Shown here: positions 27,717 to 40,900 of the stretch, one piece after another | How the letters are laid out: each line of letters begins with the position of its first letter | Position numbering within the stretch: the first letter of the stretch is position 1 | NCBI RefSeq assembly: GCF_006345805.1 | Contig: NC_043001.1 | Coordinates: forward strand, 81,406,001-81,470,000 | Direction of reading: 5' to 3' | Origin: Octopus sinensis | Taxonomy: Eukaryota | Length of the DNA: 64,000 nt | Program-made: the position numbers and the translations under genes | Notes under the pieces: model-generated | Databases searched by the model: none | Seen by the model: only the letters and a program-made list of their open reading frames with translations | What the model was told of the DNA's origin: nothing

Positions 27717-27755
<39 letters not shown>

Positions 27756-28081
27756 TGTATATATATATATATACAAAGTTTAGTGAAATCCCAATGCCAG
27801 CCCACCTCTCCTCCACCTCACAAAGAAGACATAAAAGCAACATAGAACTTTTAAACCAGTCAAGGAATGTGTCCTCACAACAAAATTCATACTGTTAACA
27901 GCCTGTTTGTAAATTGCAAAGTTTTCGAAAAACCAAAGTGTGTGGATGTGTGCGTTTGCTTGCTTGGGTATGAATGCATGAGTGACTGTTTTTTTTTTTT
28001 TAAATAACTAATTTTAGTTTTTATTTTCCTATCATGTCAGAATTGAGTGTGTGTGTTTATATCCTCTCTGTCTCCTCTATA

Positions 28082-28123
<42 letters not shown>

Positions 28124-28830
28124 ACTTCTATTACTGCTACCGGACTACATATATTGATTCACCCACCTGCCCAACCACTCACCAACACAAACTTACAAAA
28201 CACTCTCCACTTTCCCAATCACCAAAATATCTTGTCACAGTGCTACATATATATATACACATATATATTTATATATTTGTGTGTGTATAAGTGTATAAAC
28301 ATTAATGTATGTATGTGCGTGTTTGTGTGTGTGTATGTGTGTATACACAGTAACTACAGTCAGCAGGATTATACTTTTACTATATATATACACACACATA
28401 CACACACATTTGTATAATGTGTGTATTTACTCTCCTTTGCCCTCTTTATAAAGAAAGAAAATTTTAAAGAAAAAATAAAGAAAAACAAGAACCACCGCCA
28501 CCTCTACATAAGCACACATTAAACATAACAAAACTATATAATTTTTTATATCTCAAAAAAAAATATATATATAAATAAATATAATGTAAATGAACATGAA
28601 ACCAAAAAAAATGATAATATTAATAATAATAATAATAACTAAAAGTTTTGCGAATTGGGAAGGGCCAATGAGGAAAGAAGTGGAGAAAAGGGAAGGGAGG
28701 GGAGAAAGAGTTGGAAAAAAATTTAAATAATATTAATAATAATGAAGAAATAAAATTTTGAAAAAAATAAAAGAAAAATAATTAAACTTGTTTTATTTTA
28801 TTTATTTTCTTCTTTCTTGCTGTCATGTGA
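26492..28830 (+). other. Probable plexin 3' UTR (end uncertain)
   Basis: Follows the stop codon. A-rich and microsatellite-rich, with no recognisable SINE copies. AATAAA at about 26549, 26817, 28749 and 28766, and ATTAAA at about 28781 followed by a U-rich tract. Confidence 0.4.
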
Positions 28831-29323
28831 ATTATTTTTTTCTAATGCATATTTTGCTTTTTAAATGAACATGGAAAAATTTCATAAATGTATATAGTAT
28901 GTGTTTAATATTATTTGTTACATCATTAGTGTTTGACATTTATTTTCTATGCTGGCATAGGTTGGATAGTTTGACAGAAGCCAACAAGCCAGAGGACTTC
29001 ACCAAGCTCCATTGTCTACTTTTGCATAGTTTTTAAGGCTAGATGCCTTTACTAATGTCAACACCTTCACAGAGTGAAATAAGTGATTTCTTTTTACACA
29101 GAACCATGCCAAGTGAGGAAAGGCTAAAGTATGATGGAGTAACAAAGAGGTATTTTGCAGTATATATACATGGCTACCTCCTATATATAGATGCAGAAAT
29201 GAATGTGATTTTGGATGCAGTCTTACTATGCAGGCAAGTATATGTTTGGGCTAACCAAAGCCTTGTGAGTGGATATGGTAAACGAAAACTGAAAGAAATT
29301 CATCTTGTGTATATGTGTATATT

Positions 29324-29704
29324 GGCACAGGAGTGGCTGTGTGGTAAGTAGCTTACTTACCAACCACATGGTTCTGGGTTCAGTCCCACTATGTGGCACC
29401 TTGGGCAAGTGTCTTCTACTATAGCCTCAGGCCAACCAAAGCCTTTTGAATGGATTTGGTAGATGGAAACTCAAAGAAGCCTGTCGTATATTTATGTGTG
29501 TATATATATATATATATGTGTGTGTGTGTATATGTTTGTATGTCTGCGTTTGTCGCTTGACAACCGATGGTGGTGTGTTTATGTCCCCATAACTTAGTGG
29601 TTCGGCAAAAAGAGACCGATAGAATAAGTCTTGGGGTCGATTTGCTCAACTAAAGGCGGTGCTCCAGCATGGCTGCAGTCAAATGACTGAAACAAGTAAA
29701 AGAG
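29324..29704 (+). mobile_element. SINE family A copy
   Basis: Same structure as the 46801 copy. Confidence 0.85.
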
Positions 29705-30539
29705 TATATGTGTGTAGGTCTGTTCTCTTGACTTGACATGGTGGTTCTAAGTAAGCATCACCATCATGCAAGCAAGTTTCCAATATTCCATGAAGACATG
29801 TCTGGCCATAGAGATATATTTGTCTTGCTTGGCAACAGGAAGGGCATCAGCCATAGAAAATCTGCTTCAACAAATTCCATCTGACTCATGCAAAAAGTGG
29901 ACATCAAAATGATGATGAGTTATGCACATCATAAACCAGAAAATATATTTAAATATTATAGTCTTGCTGTGCATTAAATCAGACTGTAAGCACATTCATT
30001 TAAAACTATTTGATATTTAGAAAAAGGAAGCTTTATCCAGTCATGATCTTTGAGCTGTAAACCCTGTTGAATGATATTACCCTAAAGCAATGGTTCTCAA
30101 CCAGCGTTCATATGGCCCTCTGCTAGAATACTTTATTAACCAATCTAAAATCAGAGTTCAGCATAACCCCAGAGTTTTCCTATAACTTGACCTTGGATAT
30201 TTTTATTATCTCTGCTGCTACTTTTCATTCCTCAGTGTACCACCAGTGTAAAGGCAAGTCTTGCTTCCAAGCCAAGCTTTGTAAACTTCTTTGCTTTGAT
30301 AGCATCTTTAACCCCTTAGCATTCAAACCAGCCATATCTGGCCAAAATATTTAACCTATTTTATACTGAAACCGGCTAGATCTGGCCTTTCACCTCATCC
30401 CCATAATGTCATTCTAAAACTAAGCAACCACATCATCAGAATCTCTAAACTACAAGATAATGCATGATTAATTTAAAACAACATAAATAAACAGACATTA
30501 CATTTGAGAGAATAATCTGAATGTTAAAGGGTTAATTCT

Positions 30540-31150
30540 CTGTCTACATCAGGAGTTCTTTTAGCACCTAGCACCACACTGAGCTTCTTTCATCCACACT
30601 GTACAGTCAAAGAAGAAACTACCAAACAAAACAATCTCCACTCTGTTTCAACATCCTCTTTATTCAGAAAGGTCTCTGAATTTGGATAACAAGTGTCCTC
30701 ATATATATATTTCTGATCCAATCAGCCACTAAGGCTTCATACTTTATCCTCTTATAACTTATCAGTTTTGTGAGCTCTCCACTGCTGTAGATATTTTTGG
30801 GCTGCAGACAGCTTGGTGGTGATCAGTTTCACTTTTTGCATGAACGTCCAGCACAGAATCAAAGAAGTCAGAGGTGATAACAAAATCTATCAGTGACCTC
30901 TGTCTCAAAGTATCCCTATATCATGTATACTTATGGATATTCCTGAGCTGGAAGAATGTGTTCATAACAGAGAGCCCATTTCCTGCAGCTAAGTCTAGTA
31001 AGACCTCTCCATTTGCATTGAGTTCAAGGTCACCATTCCTCCCAATCACTCCTTTTCATGACCTGTGGTCAGTGCCGACATCTGCATTGAAGTCTTGAAA
31101 TAAACTCTTCCACAAGATATCCATCTTCATTATGTAGCTTTTCAATGCAT
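30540..31150 (-). mobile_element. Decayed RTE-type endonuclease fragment (second RTE family)
   Basis: The minus strand reads DFNADVG...GVIGRNG...NANGEVLLDLAAGNGLSVMNTFFQ...HKYT.YRD...QRSLIDFVI...LDVH...TDHH, with stops. Confidence 0.75.
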
Positions 31151-32294
31151 TTTACATCCTCGATACAACCAGGACACAGTCAAAGCAATGAAAGTGGGCA
31201 TACAAAAAGTCTCACAAGCTGCACAAGTCTTATAAGCTGCATGGCAACCTTACTGGTGCTAAGTCTACCAAGGTGCATGGCCACCTCACTAATCCTAGAT
31301 CCAACAAGCTACACAGTGATCTCACTTCTGTTGGGTCTTGCAAGCTGCATGGCAACCTCACTAGTGCTGGTGCCACATAAAATCACCCAATACATGCTGC
31401 AAAGTAGCAGACATTGCAGTATGCTGATCCTGTCAAGCTGCCTTACTCATGCCAGCAAAGAAAATGGATGTCAAAGAAAGATGATGATGGTATTTTGCAT
31501 AATTGCTGTTAATCAATTTAACATTACATACACCTCAGTAGATAATAGCCATGTTTTGCTCAATTCAATTAAGAATTCAGTTAAAATATTTGGTGGATTC
31601 AACTTCAATAATTGAATTTAAATATTTGGAAGATCCAACTGTCAATAATTTTCTATTCATCCTTCAATAGTTTCATTTTCTAAGAAAACACTTTCACTTT
31701 TCCACATGAAAAGAACATAGCACTGTCAAAATAAAAATGTTCACTTCCAAGGAGCCTTGGCATGAAGAACAACCAAAACATCTTAATGTTCATCACTTCT
31801 TGCTTGATAGGTTCCACTTCAATTAACAAAGGCATGGTGTTGAATAAATCTGATATTTTGTGGTTAGAAAATAATGTTTGCAATCCAATCACATAACTCT
31901 GTCTGTGTCTATATGTACAAAATAATTTGTACATCAATCAATATTTATTGGATGACAAGTTGGTCAAAATTTCCTTATGATGATGAATATACATACATAC
32001 ATAAATCAAAATAAGCAACAAGGATATCCAGAGGTAATGCAGTATGATCGTTTCATGCAACTCCATTTAATTGAACAATGCAATCATTACATCAATTTAA
32101 ATAGAGAGCTATATATTTGTAAGTAAATATGTACAATTATATGTACATATTTATATACATACACATAGGTATGTATGTATGTATATATTTTTTGAAATTG
32201 TATGGATAATACCATACTAAATTCTGGTGCAACTGAAGTACCATATTCATCTGAATCTAAATTTTTGGTGAACTCATCTACATATATATATCTC

Positions 32295-32649
32295 TTTCTC
32301 TTTTACTTGTTTCAGTCATTTTGACTGCGGCCATGCTGGGGCACCGCCTTTAGTACTTATTCTATCGGTCTCTTTTGCCGAACCGCCAAGTAACGGGGAC
32401 ATAAGCACACCAGCATCAGTTGTCAAGCAATGCTAGGGGGACAAACACAAACACACACACACACATACATATATATACATATATACGACAGGCTTCTTTC
32501 AGTTTCCGTCTACCAAATCCACTCACAAGGCATTGGTCGGCCCGGGGCTATAGCAGAAGACACTCGCCCAAGGTGCCACGCAGTGGGACTGAACCCGGAA
32601 CCATGTGGTTGGTTAGCAAGTTACTTACCACACAGCCACTCCTGCGCCT
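32295..32649 (-). mobile_element. SINE family A copy
   Basis: Reverse complement of the 46801 copy, with many CpGs retained (young). Confidence 0.85.
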
Positions 32650-33259
32650 ATATATATATATAGAAAAATATAAAGGAAAACCTTTACTGCAGCAAAACTA
32701 ATCAGCGCTCTATTGGAGCAAATAATAACATGAAGTGAAGTGAAGGACAAACTTCCATGGGTCAAATTTCTTTGTCAAAATTCATATACGGCATCAAACC
32801 AATCTTAAATATAAATCATGAAAATATGAAATACATAGATGTAGGTTCATCAGAACTTTTAGGTGTCAAGCATTCCAATATTACAAGTCAATAATGAAGT
32901 TAGATGAGCAGTAGTATATAATAACGTATATATCCTTTACGATCATTTCAGGAAATTATGTTTGTATTGGGTGAATCTTCCAACCAGTACAAATAGCCAC
33001 ATTTCCCTCATCAGATTAAAATATTTTTAAAATAGTTTTAAAATAGTTTTAAAGTATTATCTACTTATAGAGCATAGAAGCATTTCAAAACAATGTTATA
33101 GTTTTTTTAAAAAGGTTTGTAAAGATATTGTAAAAATCTTTGCGAAGTGAAAAATATTTGTAAAAATAGAATATTTGTGCAAATAAAGATGAGAATATTT
33201 GTAAAAGTAAAATGACAGAGAGAGAGAGAGAGAGCTATATATTTGTAAATGACTATATA

Positions 33260-33830
33260 CAACTCATCATCATCATCGTTTAACGTCCGCTTTCCATACT
33301 AGTATGGGTTGGATGATTTGACTGAGGGCTGATGAACCAGATGGCTGCACCAGGCTCCAATCTTGATCTGGCAGAGTTTCTACAGCTGGATGTCCTTCCT
33401 AACACCAACCACTCCAAGAGTGTAGTGGGTGCTTTTACATGCCACTGGCATGGGGGCCAGTCGGGCGGTACTGGCAACGACCTTGCTCGAATCATTTTAC
33501 ACATGCCACTGGCACAGGTGCCAGTAAGGTGATGCTGGTAACAATCACACTCGAATGGTTCCTTTTACATGCCACCAGCACGGAAGCCAGTTAGCCGCTC
33601 TGGCAAAGATCATGCTCAGATAGTGCTCTTAGCATCCTACTATCACGGGGCACAAGTGCCAGTAAGGCGGTGCTAGTAACGATCACACTCGAATGATGCC
33701 TTTTATGTGCCACTGGCACGGAAGCTAGTTAGCCGCTCTGTCAATGATCACACTCGTATGGTGCTCTTGCATACCACATCTGATGCTTCTTAGATTCCAC
33801 TTTTCTCTCAAGGTTCTTACACTCTTATAT
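33260..33830 (-). mobile_element. RTE 3' end with (CAT)n tail, expanded 3' UTR repeat array and internal deletion
   Basis: Aligns by eye to the 20690-21425 copy. Confidence 0.75.
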
Positions 33831-33975
33831 GTACATATTTATATACATACACATAGGTGTGTATGTATATATGTGTGTGTGTATGTATATATATATATAT
33901 ATGAACATTACATACAAACACATATACATATAAGCACACACATATATATACATACGCAAGCACACACACACACAC

Positions 33976-34008
<33 letters not shown>

Positions 34009-35562
34009 TACACACATATATACACACACATATATATGATTTCATACACATACATATAAACCAATTATGACACTTGGGACAAATTAGTAGGCTTTGGTCA
34101 GATAAGGGTCATGATGATGACCCCTTTGGAAATTCTCATCTGCTACAGTTGCTCAGGCCTTCTCAAAATTGCTTGCAGTGGTCTACGGCAATCTCATCAA
34201 GCTCCCTCTGTGCTGCAGCTCTCTCCAACCCTGTGGGGTCTATCTTTGGGTGAGCTAGCATTTCAACTGGACTTCAAAATACTTCCTTGAGTCTCCTCTA
34301 TCTGTGATGTCAGCATATATAACACCTAGTCTACTCACAACTAGTGCCTGACACCTCTGGGAACAGTCAGTGTTTGCAGAGTCTTGCACAGGGCACACAT
34401 TCCAGTATGCTAGACTGAGGCAAGCTGACTTTTTTTTGTTTTATTCACTTTTATGTTTCCCTGTTTTTTCTAGCACTTGTCATTTCATTTTCTACCTCTC
34501 TAACTGAGATGGTTGTTGACTGTGGTGAGCCAACCAGGTGAGGGTCAGCCAAGCCTTTTTTTTTTTTTGAAGCTGCCTTATAATTATTTCCAACTCCATC
34601 GAGAACAAGGAATGTCACACCTAAAGAGGGCTGCTATGTCATTAACAGTGCTGTTGAATGTAACTGTTATCGCAAGCCAGTGTGCAAATGACCAACATCA
34701 AGAGCCACCTACATGCAGAGTTGAGACTGTGACTACCAGTTCCATTCAGTACCTGTCTTTTTTGTTTCTTCCCCATTACTGCAGGGCTTTACTTCCTAAC
34801 TGCACTCAGTACATTTGAAGTGAAAGTCAGTCCACATAATCAGATCTCTCTCTTTAGACTTGGCAGCCTTGTGGTGACCAACAAGCTGTAGGTTTTACAT
34901 TGAAGTGGAACTCTCCCAGATGAATTGCCTAACACGGCTGGAGAGCTCCACCCACCCTGGAGACATCAAAAAGGGTGTCAAACAGGTCACTGGACCACCT
35001 TAAGAACTCTAGGATGGAGGTGCATGTCTTAATGATTGGGGTATTGGACTCATGATCGTAAGGTTGTAGGCTCAATTCCTGGACCAGGTGACACAATGTG
35101 TTTTTAAGCAAAACACTTCATTTCATGTTGCTCCAGTCCACTCAGCTGGCAAAAATGAGTAATCCTGCAGTGGACCAGCATCCCATCCAGGTGGGGAATG
35201 CCATGGACTAGGAAACTGGCCCTTATGAACCAATATGATTCAAGAAGGTAACCTTTACCTTTAGGAATTACACTTCTTGAGTTTCTAGTAAGGTTGGCTC
35301 CCTTAGCCTCTCCTTACTTTCACAAGGCAATGAAGGTTTGTGCTTGGAGTTTCCCTTCCTCTAATCTGGTTTCCAACCAAGGCTAACAAGCACAGGAACA
35401 CCTTCACATGGTGGCTCTGATTCTGTTTAGGTTGTCACAAGGATGATGACCAAGTGCTCAATGGTTTAACTGGGGTGGTCAGTCTGGGTGCTAATATATA
35501 TGCACAAGCATATATATATATATATATACACCCAACACACAAGTATATATATATATGCACAA

Positions 35563-35597
<35 letters not shown>

Positions 35598-35601
<4 letters not shown>

Positions 35602-36076
35602 CAACACACACAAATATACACACACACACACTACTGGATGGCCATTCACCTTCATGAGTTCTTCCACCCTTTGGTAAGCTTTGTTTTTGATCCCACAGGG
35701 TATCTAAAAATCAACTTCCTCATCAAACAAGTTTGGTGTGGTTGTCCATTTAGTTATTGCTGACCTTACCACACAACAGGTTGTACTGAGTTACATGTTA
35801 GCAGCAGTGCTCATGAGTGACCTAACAACAGTGTATACTTACATGTGTATATACTCATATACCCATTTGTGTGTGACTTTGTTTTTGTCCTCCATCACTA
35901 CATGACAACCAAGGTTGGTTTGTGTTCATCCCCATAACTTTGCAGTTTGGCAAAAAGAGACTTATAGAATAAATATCAGGTTTCAAATAATAAGTAGTGG
36001 GGTCAATTTGTTCAACCAAACCCTTCAAGATAGTGCCCTAGCATGACCACTGTATGAAGACTAAAAAATATAAAAG

Positions 36077-36108
<32 letters not shown>

Positions 36109-36591
36109 TATATATACCCAACACACACAAATATACACACACACACACTACTGGATGGCCATTCACCTTCATGAGTTCTTCCACCCTTTGGTAAGCTTTG
36201 TTTTTGATCCCACAGGGTATCTAAAAATCAACTTCCTCATCAAACAAGTTTGGTGTGGTTGTCCATTTAGTTATTGCTGACCTTACCACACAACAGGTTG
36301 TACTGAGTTACATGTTAGCAGCAGTGCTCATGAGTGACCTAACAACAGTGTATACTTACATGTGTATATACTCATATACCCATTTGTGTGTGACTTTGTT
36401 TTTGTCCTCCATCACTACATGACAACCAAGGTTGGTTTGTGTTCATCCCCATAACTTTGCAGTTTGGCAAAAAGAGACTTATAGAATAAATATCAGGTTT
36501 CAAATAATAAGTAGTGGGGTCAATTTGTTCAACCAAACCCTTCAAGATAGTGCCCTAGCATGACCACTGTATGAAGACTAAAAAATATAAA

Positions 36592-36620
<29 letters not shown>
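35598..36620. repeat. Tandem duplication with a 517-bp period, bounded by (TA)n
   Basis: 35641 aligns to 36158 and 36061 to 36578. No differences were noticed by eye outside the microsatellites. Confidence 0.95.
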
Positions 36621-36624
<4 letters not shown>

Positions 36625-36629
<5 letters not shown>

Positions 36630-37130
36630 TCATCATCGTCATTTAATGTCTGCTTTCCATGCTGACATAGGTTGGACAGTTTGACTGAGAACTGGCAAGC
36701 CAGGAGGCTGTACCAGGCTCCAGTTTGATTTGGTATGGTTTCTACAGCTGGATGCCCTTCCTAATGCCAACCATTCTGAGAGTATAGTGGTTGTTTTTTA
36801 TGTGCCACAGGCATGGGTGCCAGTCAGGCGGCATTGGCATCAGCCACACTCAAATGGTGCTTTTTATGTGCCACTGACATGGATACCTGTCAGGCAGCAC
36901 TGGTATTGGCCACACTCAAATGGTATTTTTACATACCACTGGCACATGTGCCACTCAGGCAGCACTGGCATTGACCATGATTATGATTTCACTCAGTTAA
37001 ACAGGTCTTCAGAAATACAGCATATTGCCCAATGATTGAAGGTGCTTTTAAACGGGCCAGTTATGTGACACGGGCATTGACGATCACTAGTGACTTTTAT
37101 GTGACATCAGCACCAACAAGGTCACCGGGT
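36625..37130 (-). mobile_element. RTE 3' UTR copy with (CAT)n tail
   Basis: Same catcatcatc-tttaatgtc-ctttccatgct...ctacagctggatgcccttcctaa core as the 20690 and 33260 copies. Related short copies lie at about 8641-8879(+), 44750-45030(+), 6100-6270(+), 29790-29920(+), 42950-43095(+) and 53440-53570(+). Confidence 0.7.
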
Positions 37131-37239
37131 ACCTTACAAGATAATAACACCCTCAAGTTGAAGGAGGAGGAGTAGTACTGAGAAGATGTGGCTTTGTGCC
37201 AGTTGACAGATTTAAGGTATAGAGGGGACAGATACACAC

Positions 37240-37441
37240 ACATATACATGCACACAAGTACATATATATATATATAAATATATATATATACATAGATACG
37301 CATATATGCATATATGTGTGTGTATACATATTCATACACACACACACACATATATATATATACACACACATATTCACACATATATACATTATATAATACA
37401 ATATATATACACACATACATATATTTATATACACATATGTA

Positions 37442-37482
<41 letters not shown>

Positions 37483-37583
37483 TATATATACACACACATA
37501 TTCACACATATATACATTATATATACACATATATTCACATATTTATACACTTATATATTCACATATATTCACACATTTATACA

Positions 37584-37623
<40 letters not shown>

Positions 37624-37745
37624 TATTCACACATATATACATTATATAATACAATATATATACACACATACATATATTTATATACACATATGTATGTGTG
37701 TGTATATATATATATATAGGCACACACAGACATGCACATACAAAA
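37240..37745. repeat. Compound CA/TA microsatellite with an internal ~250-nt duplication
   Basis: The block tacacacacatattcacacatatatacattatataatacaat recurs at about 37361 and about 37613. Confidence 0.8.
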
Positions 37746-38089
37746 CTTATTTCAAACACCCATAACATCAGAAATGTTAATGACATTAGGAATATTTATT
37801 ATTAATTGGTAATATTTGTAAATGGCACCTTTTTTGTGGGAGATGCTGCAAGTGTTGAAGAATGAATAAATGAATGAATGACGATAAATTAATTGAAAGA
37901 ACAAACATAACATTGTGTGTAAAACTATTGACTGCTGGCAAACCACACTATAAATTTTCTTATTTCTCCCAGCTACAGACATCATAAAATAGTAATGAAT
38001 CAATGCCCAAACAGTCTTCCCTCCAAAGATACAAACCCTGTAACTGAAATTTTCAAAACTTCAGAGCTGCAACCATATATGTAGGTATA

Positions 38090-40900
38090 ATGAAAGATAG
38101 ATCTGATAAGATTGTGGAAATGCTGGTGCAGGGACAAGTGGATGTGTGTTGTGTGCATGAGGTAAGGTGGACAGGATCCTTAATCAAACTCCTCACAGGC
38201 AAAAAAAAAGACTGCAATACAAATTCGTCTGGGTGAAAAATAGTAACAGTAGAGTAGAGGTGGAGCAGGCATGCTGTTAGCTGAGAAATGGATAAATAAA
38301 TAAATTAAGGTAGTCAGGATGTGTGGTAGAATAACTAAAATGGGACTAGTTATAGGAAACACAACAGTGATGGTTTCTCAGCATATGCCCAACAGGAAGG
38401 ATCAACAGATGAATGGCAGGGCTACTTCTATGAGACCTTTTTGCTGACTACCTCGATGGTGACTGACATATTTATGGATCCCTGTAACATAGATGACAAC
38501 TGGAAATTTCTGTGAAATAACCAGCTTTGGACTATAGATTGGAGGTGTGCAGGAGAAAACTCCCTGGCAAGCCAAAAGTTTAGTGGTGGTGCAATAATAC
38601 AGTTGGTAGCAGGGAGATAAAAGCTAATGAGGAGGCTTGAAAAAGCTGGAAGTAAGGTGGGAGTAGGAAACATTATTATATGACTAGAAGGGCAGCTGCA
38701 CAAGAAGTATACCTGGCTAAAGATAAAGCAAAAAGGATGAGATCTGCACATAACTTGAAGTATGAGGATCAGAGGAGTAAAGTGTTTGGGAGTGCAAGAT
38801 TCAGTGTATGAAAGAAAAGAGATGCTGATGGTGAGAAGTGTATTTGAAATGATGAAGACATGCTTGCCATCAACATAGAAGGCAAGAAAGTGGTGTAGAA
38901 GTGATAATTTGAGAGACTGCTGAACATCAAGAATGCTTGGGATAAAAGGGGAAGGGGCGACTGCATGCTGACCAAACAGCAGGACTGGAAATTCAAGTTG
39001 ACAATAGAGTAGTCGATAAAGCAATCAAGGACATGAAGAAGAGGGAAAGCTGCAGGTACATTAGGGACAGTTGCAAAGATGTTCAAAATATCTGGTGAGG
39101 TATGGTACTTGATTACCACCTGGATTATTAATCAAGTCATACGGAGAGGTGTCATACCTAATGACTGGTTTAGCAATATCATCATAAACTGCAACAAAGG
39201 CAAAGGAGATGTCTTAGAGAGAAGCAACTATAGAGGAACCAAGCTGCTATATCAGGTTATGAAGGCTATGAAGAGGGTCTACTCTGTCATGGATCGATTG
39301 TGCTATTACTAATATGAGATGCAGTTTGGCTTTGTCTCCTGAAGCAGCGCCATGGGTCCAATCTTCCTATTGAAGCAACTTCAGGAGAAATACTTGGCTA
39401 CGAATAAACCACTGTTCTTAGCCTTTCATGGACATGGAGAAAGTATTTGATAGAGTACCACACTTAGTAATTTGTAGTCCTTGAGGAAACTAGGTGTAGA
39501 TGAATGGCTTGTAAGGGCTGTACATGCTATGTACTAAGATGCACTAAGTGAGAGTCAACAACAATTTTAGTGATGAAATTAGCATACTCAATGCATTCTG
39601 TTAAGTGACTAGTATTAAGAAGATCATCCAGCCATAGAAAACATGCCAAAGTAGGCTGTAGAGCTTGGTGCAGACTTCTGACTTGCCAGTTCCTGTTAAA
39701 TCATCCAGCCCTTGGTAGCCTGGACACTACATGATGAAAATGGACATTACATGATGATGATGACGATGATGACTATTTATCATAGTCCTACAGGAATTCA
39801 CAAAGGAGTTCAATACTGGCTGTCCATAGGAGCTCCTATATATTGATGATCTAGTTCTCATAACTAAATTTAATGGGGGGAATTAAAGAACTTCGAAGCA
39901 TGAAAGCTAAACTTAGAATCAAGAAGCCTTAAGATAAACATAGCAAAGATGAAGGTTTTCATCAACAGGAAAGGAGACAGGACCTAGGCACCTTCAGGAA
40001 AATGGCCTTGCTCAATATGCAATAAAGGAGTACATATAAATTTATTATGTTGTACCCATGTAACTATGAACATACAAGAGGTGTAGTGGAATACAGGTAG
40101 ACTAACAGTAAATATGATCTTTGTATGTGATAGATGCAGTGGAGCAGTAAGTACAATGAGCACACCAGAAAAAGATTCTCCTAGATGCCCAGATGACTCA
40201 CTAGAAGAGTTCAAAGCTCTTGTTACCTAGGTAAGTGAAGGTAGTTGCTCTGAAAATATAGCAACCAAGGTAAGAACAAGCTGAAGTTCAGTGAGTTACT
40301 AACACTGCTGATAACAAATCTCCTTCTCCTTAGAGTGAAGGGTAGATTATATGACTTGTATTAGAATTGTGATGCAGCATGGTAGGTGAAACATGGACCT
40401 TGAATGCAAAGGGCTTAAGTAGACTGGAAAGAAATGAAGTGAGCATGCCCCATTGGATATGCAATGTAAGTGTGCCTGAACAATGTATGAGGGGATGCTG
40501 AAAAGTTTCTGGCTCTGGGTGAAAGAAAATACAGGCAAATCAGTTATGATTTTATTCCATATATATTCCCCTCTCAGATTCACACGCTTATTGCAGCAGT
40601 TCTTCAGTTTTTCTAAGTCTTGTAAAAGTACTTGGAAGGTTGGGCCTCTCACCAGCCCTTTTGCTATACCCTTAAAGCTAGTAACTTTTCAGCACCCATT
40701 TGTAATATAAATGTTCTGAGAGAAAAACTGGGTTTAAAAAGAATCAGTTTTAGTATGTCAGAAAGAAGATTGTTGGTAGGGACATGTGATATGTATGGAT
40801 GCAAGGCAAGTGAAATGGGATTTCCTTGAAGGAAGTCTAGAGTAATGTTACTCAATTGGGTGAGTATGAGAGAAGTTAGGGAGCATCTCCAGTTTGAGTT
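38090..40900 (+). mobile_element. Decayed near-full-length RTE LINE (endonuclease and RT pseudogene)
   Basis: Fragments VDVCCVHEVRW (endonuclease), IPNDW...KGKGDVLERSNYRGTKLL, MQFGF, QLQEKYL, TGCP.ELLYIDDL and LREKLG, broken by many stops and frameshifts. Interrupted by an RTE 3' fragment (about 39600-39770) and a MITE (40488-40702). Confidence 0.85.
40488..40702. mobile_element. Mariner-type MITE nested in the RTE LINE
   Basis: TA at 40486-40487 and 40703-40704; TIRs gatgctgaaaagtt / aacttttcagcacc. The internal sequence matches 26119-26337. Confidence 0.8.

Noticed and set aside
33744-37786. Many IYIY/HTHT/CVCV ORFs here and across the window
   Set aside because: They are translations of (TA)n, (CA)n and (TG)n microsatellites.
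38428-39024. 198-aa minus-strand ORF
   Set aside because: It is antisense to the decayed RTE LINE and has no recognisable domain.
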